A stretch of 58,377 nucleotides of DNA from Selaginella moellendorffii. Its lineage: Eukaryota > Plantae > Lycopodiophyta. A program made the position numbers and the translations under genes. Location of the stretch: positions 4,021,766-4,080,142 of the forward strand of contig NW_003314266.1 in assembly GCF_000143415.4 (NCBI RefSeq), given 5' to 3'. The notes beneath the pieces were generated by a model that was not told where the DNA came from, ran no database searches, and saw nothing but the letters and a program-made list of their open reading frames with translations. How positions within the stretch are numbered: position 1 is the first letter of the stretch; the number at the start of each line of letters is the position of its first letter. Positions 47,468 through 58,377 of the stretch are shown piece by piece.

Positions 47468-49345
47468 ATGGGAGTTCCTAGAAGCGATGGCGATGGCGCC
47501 CGGACTCTCCAGCTCCTCCGGGCGCGAATGGGCGGCCAGGTTTGCGAAATTCACTCGTGCTGGATGAGCGATGAGTATTTTGTTTTGTAGAGCGTCGATG
47601 CAAAGGAAGTTGGATTTGTGTGTAATGCGGATGTAAGCTACAGCGAGGAGGAACAGCCTCAAGTGAGCGCTTACTCTTTTTTTTTCTTGTGATTAAGTTA
47701 CAAGAAAGTCACAAGATTTCTTACAGTCTCGTGAATTGTTTTCTTCTCTCGGCAGGCTCTCGAGTGGCTAGCTTTTGCAGAGAAGTTCTTTTTGGAGAAT
47801 GCGTCAGCTGACACGAATCTCAAGCTTCTCAACACATTCCTACAATCAAAATCGGTGTTTGTAGGGAATGGAACCCGGATCACTCTGGCGGATCTCGGCA
47901 TGTTTGTGGCAATTCGCGAGAAAGTGGTGAGTTCTTCGACTTTGGTTTTATCGGCTTGTTTTTGTAACACCTCGTTAGGCCGCTATTCCAGTAGAGGACC
48001 AGGAGAATTTGCCAAACTTGTTTCGATGGTTCGACTACGTTCAGGTATGTTTAGTCTGTATGTTTGTCGAAGATCTTTTTCGCTGTTTCTACTTAGAACA
48101 AGGAAGACGTGCGTCAAGTCTACGCGCAAATCTACATTAAGAAGCCATATTTCTCTCCACCGGTATTTTGCGCTTTGTGCTTTTGTGGCAGTCTAATCTA
48201 CTGTATTTCTTGTAGAACTTGAGTGATCAGGATTCTAGTAAGGCATCCAAACCAAATGTCGACGGAAAGAGCATGGCGGAAACGGTAAGCAAGTGGCATT
48301 ACTTTCTTATACCTTAGATGTGACTCTTATTGAAATTTTAAGAAGGATAACAGGAACGCTCCTTCTCCTCAGCCTTTGCCTTCGCCTGCGCCGCCTCTAC
48401 CTGCGCCAACACCAGCAGTAAGCTACTGCCTATGCGTCTTTTATTTATTTTCTTGGCCTTTACTCACTATTTGTATTTGCAGCCGGACAGCAGTGTATCT
48501 ACTGTGAGTTCTGTCAGCAAAAGCAAACCAGCGAAAGAAACGAAAGAGAAGCCTCCCGCACAAAAGAAAGAAGTCGACTGCGATGTCAGCGTGCTCGATA
48601 TATGCGTCGGACAAATCAAGAAAGTGTGGAAGCATCCATCAGCTGATACGTAAGTGTGAGGCTTTGGGATGATTTGATCTAATGCTTTTTTATTTTCCAG
48701 TCTCTATGTGGAGGAAATTGACGTTGGAGAAGCACAACCGAGACAAATTGTCAGTGGTCTGGTCAAATACGTACCTGAAAGTGAGATGCTGGTAAAAGAT
48801 TGCGGCTAAAGCAAACACCAACGTTGCTGACATATTGATTCTTCAGAATAGAAGGGTGCTCGTCCTTCTAAACGTTAAAGCCGGGAAAGTTCGGGACGTT
48901 CTCTCGTCTGGCTTGGTAAGTTGTTGTTTTCTACGATCCAACAACAAACTAATGGACTTACAGGTTCTTTGTGCGTCAAATGGAGACCACAGCCAATGTG
49001 AACCTGTGTCTCCTCCGGACGGCGTTCCTGTAGGTGAAAGAGTGAAATTCGCTGGGTAAGGAAATCAACGCACTCCCATCAATGCTTTGACGCCAACTGA
49101 TCTTCCCTGTAGGCACGATGGGAAAGCAGAGGAAGTGTTGAATCCCAAGAAGAAACAGTGGGACAAGATTGCTCCTGTAAGTTGATGAAAGACTTTCCAT
49201 GTTTTGTTCACTCGAACGATGTAAACCGTGTGACTTGCAGGAACTTGGCACTGACGAGCAGGGCATTGCAAATTACCAAGGTGTTCCCTTCCAAACCTCT
49301 AAAGGACCATGCAAATCAGCAATCGTCAATGGATCAATCAAATGA
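47468..49345 (+). CDS. Aminoacyl-tRNA synthetase cofactor Arc1p/AIMP1-like (GST-C-like + EMAPII tRNA-binding domain), multi-exon
   Basis: [13 protein letters not shown]...TLADL; [10 protein letters not shown]; [39 protein letters not shown]; VLCAS; [11 protein letters not shown]; ends IVNGSIK*. Confidence 0.9.
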
Positions 49346-49437
49346 GAACCAGGAGAACCAAAGGTGATCCATAGTTCGTGAAGAAAAAATATTCTATATA
49401 CTTTATAATGGATCAAACTCTTCAACTATAGATTGGT

Positions 49438-51998
49438 TTATCTGGGACCAGACGGCTGGTGTGCTACCATGGCCACACTGACGCTACCGCCAAGATGGTT
49501 AGTCGAAGAGAACCGAAGAACTCCCGCAGAACTCAACGCAAACCGGAAGAAGAGAGGCGGCTCCAAAATCTCCTTTCGACCTTCGAGCATCTGGACGACT
49601 GTATCCATCGGGGGTCTTTGGCTGGGATTATCCTGGATGCACCACAGAGCTACCTGGAGCATACTTTTCACCTCGTCCTCGTCCACACTATCTCGGATGC
49701 TTGTATCCACGACTTTGAGAAACTCTCTCTTGGAGACTCGAGCTACGACCCAGGCCGGGAAGTACCACCACAAAGCTTGTTCCTCCTCGTCCATTGGAGC
49801 TTCACGACAGTCTTCTCCACCATGGCCGCCAAGCTTGGAGAGGTTCCTTCGTCCACCTATGAGCTCCAGCAGCACCATACCATAGCTGTAGACGTCGCAT
49901 TTCTTCGTGGCTACCGAATGTAAGAGCCACTCCGGGGCGAGATATCCTGGAGTACCTCGAACATCAGTCACGGTCTGGCTTACATCCCGAGTCTTGAGCA
50001 GCTTCGCCATGCCGAAATCGGAGAGCTTGGGACGAAACTTATCGTCGAGAAGGACGTTCTCGGGCTTGATGTCGAGATGGATGATCAGCTGCCGCGATTC
50101 CTCGTGCAAGTATGCCAGGCCTTGAGCTAGTCCCAAGGCAATATCGCGACGGCTCTGCCAGTTCAAGAAGCGTTCTTCGAACAGCCACTTATCCAAGGAT
50201 CCATTCACCACGTACTCGTAGACGAGCATGAGCTGGTTCTTCTCGGAGCAAAAGCCATAGAGCTGGACAACGTTGTGGTGGCTTATCCGTCCCAGCGAGG
50301 CCATCTCCGCGAGAAATCCCCTGTCATTCTGGTTCCGGTTCTCCAGGCGCTTGACCGCCACCTTTCTCCCGTCCGCCAGAGTCCCTTCATAAACGGTTCC
50401 AAAGCCGCCTTTACCAAGGCTCGAAGCGAAGTTCCCAGTCGCCACCTCCAGCTCTTTGTATGTGTACTTCTGAGCCGAGCCCTGCAGTGCCAGAGCCAAA
50501 GCACGCTCAACTTTGTCAAGCCTGTGCTTCCAGATCATCAGCACGACCAAGCCGAGAGCTGATAGCAGGACCACGCTCGCAGCAATGCTGACTCCAAGCA
50601 AAACGGTGCGATCCTTGGGCTTCTTCCGCACGAAAAGCTCTGCGTTTTGCAGCTTGAGGAAGCCATCGAAGTTCGGATCCCTGGTGAGGCCTCCATACAT
50701 CCGGTCGACGAAGAAACAGGTGCTCGACTGCTTGTTGTAGAAGAGTGCGCTGCAGGAGCAATTCGCTAGGCACAAGCTCCAGCACTCGCTCAAGGTGGAA
50801 ACTCTGTCGGCCTTGGTGTAATTGTTGGAGAAGTAGCCTGCTCCACTCACGTTGAGAAAGTGGTGGTTCTCGGCCTCGACTTCGTGGTTGCAAACGAGAG
50901 GTATGCTGCTCGGACTTGGGCAAGTTTGCTCCTGATGGCCACTCTGGTCTTGGACTATACAGCTGCACTGAGCGTTCCCAGAGCAAACGCTGTTCGATTC
51001 GCATGCCATCGGGAGGCAACCTCCAAGTCTGTTCCTCATGAACGGCGGACCCTGTTCCTCATGAACGGCGGACCCTGTTCCCACGAAGCTCGTCCGGAGT
51101 TGTAGGTGTAAGGAACCAGCTTCCCATCGTTTTCGAGTTTGAGATACTGCCAGTCATCGCTGCTGTTCCCGAGTACTGCTGTGAGAGGAGCGCTGCAGAG
51201 CTGGGAAGGGTTGCTCGTCGATGGCTGGTACGATAGTCTCAGTTGACCAGCGGAATACTCGAGCTCTGTGTGATAAGTCGGGCATGGTGCGTTGATGGAA
51301 GTCTCGTCCGCTGGCAAGTTTCCATTGTATAAGTTCCAAACCAAGTAGGGCTGTCTTGTGTCCCGATTGAGGAAAAAGATGAGACCGCTCGGCTCAACTT
51401 CCATCTTGATGTTCCCGCTAGCAAGACTTGATGAATTGGCGCTGCTGATAAGTCTCTGCTTAGTGACCATGACTTGTCTTTCTAAAAGGATATCTGTAGG
51501 ATGGTCGAAGCTCTGCCAGGAGATCCCACCCGTGGAGTTGTAGAGGACAAAGTTCCCAGTGTCTTGAAGCTCCATCTCAGAAACTCCACCAGGAGAACTC
51601 CATACAACCTTCCCATCCCAATCGGCAACTTCCAGAGCTCCCTGATCGGTCACACGAACGGTAGCATTTTCTGTCACAGGACTGTCCCGGTTTGCAGCCC
51701 AGACGCAGACGCCAGAGTTCGTGTTGTTGCTGGAGCCAAGAACCAAAGCAAAGTAGAACTCGGCCGAGTTGTGGAATCGAAAGAAAGCCAAGCCAAATCT
51801 TCCGCTCTGGCTCAGGAGGGGACTGTCACCTACTTGGAGCAGCCGATAACTGGCATTGGACTGTGATCCTTGCAATTCCAGAAGCTGATTGTTGTTCGTT
51901 ACTTCCCAGCCTTGTGATAGACTGTAGTTCCTGCCGTGCACACGAAAGAGAATTGTCATCAGCTGAAAGAAAGCGACCAAAAAGAACTTCATAGCCAT
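49438..51998 (-). pseudogene. G-type lectin S-domain receptor-like kinase (SD2-type, non-RD), frameshifted by a 23-bp tandem duplication
   Basis: Signal peptide; B-lectin (VWAANRDSPV, LQDTGNFVLY, WQSFDHPTD); PAN (CLANCSCSALFY); TM; kinase GKGGFG, HLDIKPEN, SDFG, GTPGYLAPE. ORF split at 51029-51074. Confidence 0.9.
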
Positions 51999-52056
51999 GA
52001 ACCATGAAGCAGAATGCGCTAGATTTTTTTTTAATCTATAGAACGGGATACCATTC

Positions 52057-52230
52057 ACTTGACTCGTACATGTTCATACTATTCCAGTCTCACCAACTGT
52101 TACCGAACATTTCGATTAGTCTTTGCTTGAACAGAAGTCTAGCAACTTGACTCATTCATATTCATACTTCTTCCACTTATTCCAGTCTCACAAACTGTTT
52201 CGATTAGTCTTTGCTTGAACAGAAGTCTAG
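52057..52230. promoter_or_regulatory. Tandemly duplicated ~86-bp promoter segment with two W-box-like TTGACT motifs between the divergent RLKs
   Basis: Exact 33-bp core TTTCGATTAGTCTTTGCTTGAACAGAAGTCTAG at 52110-52142 and 52198-52230; TTGACT at 52059 and 52147. Confidence 0.55.
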
Positions 52231-52317
52231 TCTCCATGACTGCAATTTTCCAAGTCTGATTGAAAGTAAGGACTTACCTCTCGTATAAGCAGGTGTTCTC
52301 AATGCAGAACGGCAGCA

Positions 52318-54864
52318 ATGCAAAAGCAAGAGGTTTCACAGGTTGCTAAGGCGTTGTTCCTGGAACTAATAATGCTCCTCACAGTTACTTCTGAAGGGAA
52401 GTTGTACACGACACCTGATAAATGGCGCATTTTCATGAACAACAGTCTCCCAGAATTCCAAGGCGATGGTAGATCCGGGAGTTATCGCCTGGTGAGTGCT
52501 CTTCCAAAGGATAGCCCTTCTAGCCGGCCAGAATCTCTACGCAGCGACGATGAAAACTTGGGCTTAGCATTCCTCAACTTCAATGGATCAAACAAGTATT
52601 ACCTGGCACTGATGTTTGGCACTCGCAACTCTTCCACAGCAGCTCCCGTCTGGATAGCCAACCGGAACACTCCAGTGTCAGGAAATTCAATGCTCGCTAA
52701 AACAGGTGGTCGCTTACAGCTCCTGGATGCAAATGGTTCCGTGGCATGGTCTCCAAGCGAAAGCGTTGCCTATATCGGCATTCAGAATTCCGGGAACTTG
52801 CAGCTCTTCGATGAATCTGAGACCCCGGTATGGAGTTCCTTTGATCGCCCATGGAGCGCACTGATGCCAAACCAGAAGCTAGTAACTGGACAGTCAGTTG
52901 TGAGTAACAAAAACGCCTCAGACCCCAGCGAAGGCTCGTATATCGCAGAGATACAGGCCAGTGGATCAGTCGGATACATGAGCATCGGTTCCAAGAAAAA
53001 GCAGCCTTACATGTTGTGGAGCTTCGTCGGATCACAAATTGGCTCGCCCAGTGTAAACTGCCCAGGATATCGAACTGCTCTTTCATTCACGCCAGCAGGA
53101 GAAATGAGCATGGTGTACGAACCTGTACGTGTTGGTGGTAACGAACAGCCGTGTGGCTCTCCACTGTCCGGGGAAATATTCCCAGGGAACACCACAATGA
53201 GGTATTTCCAGCTTGCCGATGATGGGACCATGGTTTCATACAGGCGAGAGTTGGCAAATGGAAGCTGGGAGCTCGATAGCACGAGTCAGTTCTTTCCACC
53301 GCCAGCGCCATGCGGGAGCTATGGGCTGCTCGAGAAAGGAAAGCAGTGTCAGTGCCTGACCAACGAAGCAAACAACTCTACTACCTCAGCACTTGGAAGT
53401 TGTGCCCAGCCAGAATGGTCTTCTCTTGCAAACTGCAGCTCCAGGTACGAGACCGACTTTGTAACACTCGCAGGTGCATCGTACTTCGCCAACACTTTCA
53501 ACCCTCCCGATAGAACAGGCGCTGCAATGCAAGATTGCTTCGAGCAATGCAAATCCACTTGCTCCTGTGCGGCGTTCTTTTTCGACCAGGCGCTCCAGAA
53601 TTGCTTTTTCGTAGAAGACGTCCTGGGAAGCTTGACGGTAGACTCGAACAAGACTCAGCAACTGTTCGGCTTTCTGAAGTACCAGAATTACTCCAGGTTA
53701 GTGCCTGTTGACAACTCATCGTCAGACACTCCAAAGCTCCTAGTGATCGGAATTACCTCTGGAGGAGCTGCTGTAGCCATTGTAACTTTTGCGTTCCTTT
53801 TCACGATCCTGCATCGAAGGAGGGTCATGCTCAAGGAACTAAACAGTTTCCTTACCGGTGTACAAGCTTCGCCTTACAGGTTCTCGTTCAGCAGCCTATA
53901 CTCTGCAACAAAAGGATTCACAAAGGTTTTAGGAAGCGGAGGTTGCGGCACAGTGTACGAAGGAATGCTTCACAACGGGATGAAGCTGGCAGTGAAGAAA
54001 CTCAGCACACAGCACGGACAAAAGGAGTTTGTAACAGAAGTCTCGGCTCTGGGAAACATAAGCCACATCAACATTGTCAAACTCTATGGCTTCTGTGCCG
54101 ATGCTTCACACAGGCTGCTCGTCTACGAGCTCATGCCCAATGGTTCCTTGGACAGATGGATTTTCTCCGACAACAAGGACAAACTGGACTGGAAACTTCG
54201 ACACAGCATTGCCCTCGACACTGCTCGAGGACTGGCCTACTTGCACGAGGAATCCAGAGACTCGATCATCCACTTGGATATCAAGCCACAAAACATCCTC
54301 CTGGGTGACAAGTTTGAGGCCAAAGTCGCAGACTTTGGCATGGCGAAGCTACTCATGGACAGAGATCAAAATGGAGTGGTCACTGGAGTGAGAGGAACTC
54401 CAGGATATCTAGCTCCAGAGTGGCTGCTACACTCAACAGCGACCAAGAAATGCGACGTCTACAGCTATGGAATGGTGCTCCTGGAGCTCATTGGCGGCAG
54501 GAAAAATCTAGACTGCTCCAAGATGGAGTCGCCACTGAGCTGGTACTTCCCAGCCTGGGCCATGAGCGAAATCCGGAAAGGGAACACGATGCAAGTGGTG
54601 GATCCGAGCGTCAAGGACTCGGCAGACACAAGGCAGGCAAAGAATATGATCCACATCGCATTCTGGTGCACGCAAGATGATCCAGCAGCTAGACCGACAA
54701 TGGATGCAGTAGTGCGAATGCTGGAGAGCGAGGAGGAGATCGAGGAGCCGCCGCTTACCTTCCAGTTCGATGTCCAAGCGCCTGGAATCCTCACCATCAC
54801 CTCGAGCGGCGACATCGCGACATTCACATACATCACCAAAAACCCTTTAGCCCATGAGCCCTAA
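52318..54864 (+). CDS. G-type lectin S-domain receptor-like kinase (SD2-type, non-RD), intronless, 848 aa
   Basis: VWIANRNTPV, IQNSGNLQL, WSSFDRP; PAN CKSTCSCAAFFF; TM; kinase GSGGCG, VAVKK-like LAVKK, HLDIKPQN, ADFG, GTPGYLAPE. Confidence 0.95.
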   Translation: MQKQEVSQVAKALFLELIMLLTVTSEGKLYTTPDKWRIFMNNSLPEFQGDGRSGSYRLVSALPKDSPSSRPESLRSDDENLGLAFLNFNGSNKYYLALMFGTRNSSTAAPVWIANRNTPVSGNSMLAKTGGRLQLLDANGSVAWSPSESVAYIGIQNSGNLQLFDESETPVWSSFDRPWSALMPNQKLVTGQSVVSNKNASDPSEGSYIAEIQASGSVGYMSIGSKKKQPYMLWSFVGSQIGSPSVNCPGYRTALSFTPAGEMSMVYEPVRVGGNEQPCGSPLSGEIFPGNTTMRYFQLADDGTMVSYRRELANGSWELDSTSQFFPPPAPCGSYGLLEKGKQCQCLTNEANNSTTSALGSCAQPEWSSLANCSSRYETDFVTLAGASYFANTFNPPDRTGAAMQDCFEQCKSTCSCAAFFFDQALQNCFFVEDVLGSLTVDSNKTQQLFGFLKYQNYSRLVPVDNSSSDTPKLLVIGITSGGAAVAIVTFAFLFTILHRRRVMLKELNSFLTGVQASPYRFSFSSLYSATKGFTKVLGSGGCGTVYEGMLHNGMKLAVKKLSTQHGQKEFVTEVSALGNISHINIVKLYGFCADASHRLLVYELMPNGSLDRWIFSDNKDKLDWKLRHSIALDTARGLAYLHEESRDSIIHLDIKPQNILLGDKFEAKVADFGMAKLLMDRDQNGVVTGVRGTPGYLAPEWLLHSTATKKCDVYSYGMVLLELIGGRKNLDCSKMESPLSWYFPAWAMSEIRKGNTMQVVDPSVKDSADTRQAKNMIHIAFWCTQDDPAARPTMDAVVRMLESEEEIEEPPLTFQFDVQAPGILTITSSGDIATFTYITKNPLAHEP

Positions 54865-55290
54865 AATTCAAATACTAATTGAGTTTTTGCATCTTTTACT
54901 AAGAAAATTAGTCAGGACAGAAAAAGCGTCTAAGTGCAAGTTGCCTTTGCTGGTTTTTTTTTCCAATCTCTAGCCACGACATTCCAGTCTTGAAAAGAAC
55001 CTCCAAATCTGATAAAAAAAACTAGGAGATTAAAAAAAACACTTTTGTGCATAACTCTTATTTGAGAACGTTCCGAATTTAACAGATACATTAGTGAACC
55101 AGCTCGCACAAATTCTCCTGGGATCGCTCGGCTTGTTGGCATGCAAACTTGGCTCCAACCGAATAAGATTTCCGCAAAAAAGTCTCTTTCATGTCAAGCT
55201 CAAGTTCTGGGAATCAAAAACAACAATCCATTTGCCCACGGTCAGAAAGGTAAGGTTTCCATGCGTACCTAGCATTGTACAGTACATAGC

Positions 55291-56593
55291 TGTTGTTCTT
55301 TATTACATGCTTGGGTACTCTTGGCAAACTGGATACTTTCTTCCAGTTCCATTCTTCACCACCTTTCCTGTCCAAGACTAAAACCACAAGTGATAATGAT
55401 CTGAGTAAGAGAGAAAACAGGGTACATGGTCATGGCCGTGGCCAAATTTAAACAGGTCATAATATCACAGAATCTATCATAATAATGACTTTGACTAGGA
55501 CTAACACTCCCACTCTGGCGCAGTAACTCAGACTCTCTCTCTCTCATGCGCGAGTACGCAATAGCTGCGCCAGCACCTCACGACCGCTCCTGTTTCTCCT
55601 GCAACTGTAAACGGTTGCAATTGAGAGCAAATTTATCCTGTGGAAGAGACTTGGTCAGCATATCAGCAAGCTGCTCAGTGGTAGAGCAAAATTGGAGGAC
55701 AATAATGCCCGCTGGACCTGCTCTCGGACATAGTGATAACGGAGCTGAATGTGCTTAGTTCTGTCATGGAACTTTGATGTAGCTGAAAGAGCAATAGCGC
55801 TAATGTTGTCACAAAGTAACATCGTGGGCTGAACAAGAAAATGTCCAAGCTCTGTGAGCAATAAGCGAATCCAGACAGCCTCTTTGCACGCTGAGCACGC
55901 AGAAATATATTCGGCTTCAGTAGACGACAGAGCTGTGATGCTCTGTTTCTTGCTCCTCCAAGTCAAAGTTGAGGCACCGAGAATAAAAACGTAGGCGGAT
56001 GTAGATTTGCGGGTGTCTTTGTCACCAGCCCAATCTGAGTCGCAGTAGCCGCGCAAGTGGAATTGCTCATCTGGGACACGAGAATATGTAAGCGCCAAGG
56101 ATTTCGCCACGACTCCCACTGCATGCGCTAAATCTGGGCCGGTACAAATAACAAGATAAATCAGACTACCAACAGCTGCACGATACGGAATCCTCTCCAT
56201 GGAATTGCTCTCAGCTTCAGTGGTTGGTGACTGAGTTTTAGAAAGCTGAAGAGTAAGCTCCATAGGTGTGGAAACTGGAGTACTGTCGTGCATATTAAAG
56301 CGTTTGAGAATTTCGTCCACATAGCGCTGCTGAGAAAGATGAATAGTTCCACGGGACCGGTCTCCAATAATATTAAGACCAAGACAAATTAATATCTCCA
56401 AGATCGTACATCTCAAATTGAGAAGAGAGCTGCTCTTTGATCTTATGTAGAAAAGAAAGACAATTTGCTAGTAAGATCAAATCGTCGACATATAACGCAA
56501 TAAGGACCATCGTCTTTTCAACATGTTTCTGGTACACGTTCTGATCAGCAGCATTTCTTGAAAATCCGATAGAAATGAGAAATTTGTCCATTT
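55291..56593 (-). mobile_element. Ty1/copia retrotransposon 3' end (RT-RNaseH, PPT, 216-bp LTR at 55291-55506)
   Basis: LYVDDL; PYRAAVGSL; GYCDSDWAGD; WRSKKQ...SSTEAEY; CDN; RTKHI; ADMLTK. PPT CAGAGTGGGAG precedes TGTTAG; LTR ends CAACA. Frameshifts present; the element runs into the gap. Confidence 0.92.
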
Positions 56594-57153
56594 NNNNNNN
56601 NNNNNNNNNNNNNNNNNNNNNNNNNNNNNNNNNNNNNNNNNNNNNNNNNNNNNNNNNNNNNNNNNNNNNNNNNNNNNNNNNNNNNNNNNNNNNNNNNNNN
56701 NNNNNNNNNNNNNNNNNNNNNNNNNNNNNNNNNNNNNNNNNNNNNNNNNNNNNNNNNNNNNNNNNNNNNNNNNNNNNNNNNNNNNNNNNNNNNNNNNNNN
56801 NNNNNNNNNNNNNNNNNNNNNNNNNNNNNNNNNNNNNNNNNNNNNNNNNNNNNNNNNNNNNNNNNNNNNNNNNNNNNNNNNNNNNNNNNNNNNNNNNNNN
56901 NNNNNNNNNNNNNNNNNNNNNNNNNNNNNNNNNNNNNNNNNNNNNNNNNNNNNNNNNNNNNNNNNNNNNNNNNNNNNNNNNNNNNNNNNNNNNNNNNNNN
57001 NNNNNNNNNNNNNNNNNNNNNNNNNNNNNNNNNNNNNNNNNNNNNNNNNNNNNNNNNNNNNNNNNNNNNNNNNNNNNNNNNNNNNNNNNNNNNNNNNNNN
57101 NNNNNNNNNNNNNNNNNNNNNNNNNNNNNNNNNNNNNNNNNNNNNNNNNNNNN
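56594..57153. other. Assembly gap (560 N)
   Basis: Run of N. Confidence 1.
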
Positions 57154-58377
57154 AGGAATGCTTCACAACGGGATGAAGCTGGCAGTGAAGAAACTCAGCA
57201 CACAGCACGGACAAAAGGAGTTTGTAACAGAAGTCTCGGCTCTGGGAAACATAAGCCACATCAACATTGTCAAACTCTATGGCTTCTGTGCCGATGCTTC
57301 ACACAGGCTGCTCGTCTACGAGCTCATGCCCAATGGTTCCTTGGACAGATGGATTTTCTCCGACAACAAGGACAAACTGGACTGGAAACTTCGACACAGC
57401 ATTGCCCTCGACACTGCTCGAGGACTGGCCTACTTGCACGAGGAATCCAGAGACTCGATCATCCACTTGGATATCAAGCCACAAAACATCCTCCTGGGTG
57501 ACAAGTTTGAGGCCAAAGTCGCAGACTTTGGCATGGCGAAGCTACTCATGGACAGAGATCAAAATGGAGTGGTCACTGGAGTGAGAGGAACTCCAGGATA
57601 TCTAGCTCCAGAGTGGCTGCTACACTCAACAGCGACCAAGAAATGCGACGTCTACAGCTATGGAATGGTGCTCCTGGAGCTCATTGGCGGCAGGAAAAAT
57701 CTAGACTGCTCCAAGATGGAGTCGCCACTGAGCTGGTACTTCCCAGCCTGGGCCATGAGCGAAATCCGGAAAGGGAACACGATGCAAGTGGTGGATCCGA
57801 GCGTCAAGGACTCGGCAGACACAAGGCAGGCAAAGAATATGATCCACATCGCATTCTGGTGCACGCAAGATGATCCAGCAGCTAGACCGACAATGGATGC
57901 AGTAGTGCGAATGCTGGAGAGCGAGGAGGAGATCGAGGAGCCGCCGCTTACCTTCCAGTTCGATGTCCAAGCGCCTGGAATCCTCACCATCACCTCGAGC
58001 GGCGACATCGCGACATTCACATACATCACCAAAAACCCTTTAGCCCATGAGCCCTAAAATTCAAATACTAATTGAGTTTTTGCATCTTTTACTAAGAAAA
58101 TTAGTCAGGACAGAAAAAGCGTCTAAGTGCAAGTTGCCTTTGCTGGTTTTTTTTTCCAATCTCTAGCCACGACATTCCAGTCTTGAAAAGAACCTCCAAA
58201 TCTGATAAAAAAAACTAGGAGATTAAAAAAAACACTTTTGTGCATAACTCTTATTTGAGAACGTTCCGAATTTAACAGATACATTAGTGAACCAGCTCGC
58301 ACAAATTCTCCTGGGATCGCTCGGCTTGTTGGCATGCAAACTTGGCTCCAACCGAATAAGATTTCCGCAAAAAAGTC
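57154..58377 (+). repeat. Apparently identical copy of 53961-55184 (SD-RLK kinase domain, stop at 58057, plus 3' flank)
   Basis: Same translated ORFs at a constant offset of 3193 bp; no differences noticed by eye. Confidence 0.9.

Noticed and set aside
56477-57501. ORFs spanning the N run
   Set aside because: Artefacts of translating the gap.

Overview
Eukaryotic land-plant DNA, most consistent with the lycophyte Selaginella. This is an inference from 50-60 bp introns, 100-300 bp intergenic spacers, many intronless PLS-class PPR genes and a flagellar gene (CFAP53). Bases 1-14.6 kb are an AT-rich, CpG-depleted graveyard of Ty3/gypsy remnants and nested solo LTRs; one intact ORF there encodes a hydrophobic N-terminus, an unknown domain and a bulb-type lectin. 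The gene-dense part holds 3 PLS-PPR genes plus 2 PPR fragments, CFAP53, LSM8, WDR82/Swd2, F-box SKIP31, FY/WDR33 (plus a pseudogene copy), two IQCE-like coiled-coil paralogues, an Arc1p/AIMP1-like gene and a head-to-head pair of non-RD S-domain receptor kinases, one broken by a 23-bp duplication. The window ends with a Ty1/copia 3' end, an assembly gap and an apparently identical copy of the kinase end. Most notable: an intact spliced Crinkler(CR)-like coiled-coil header + P-loop NTPase + restriction-endonuclease-fold gene (32503-35221) and a stand-alone STAND-like ATPase (38367-39371) sit in an island bracketed by psi-FY and FY. A decayed second CR-REase-like gene lies at about 16.8-18.2 kb. 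All family assignments are from motifs read by eye; no searches were run.
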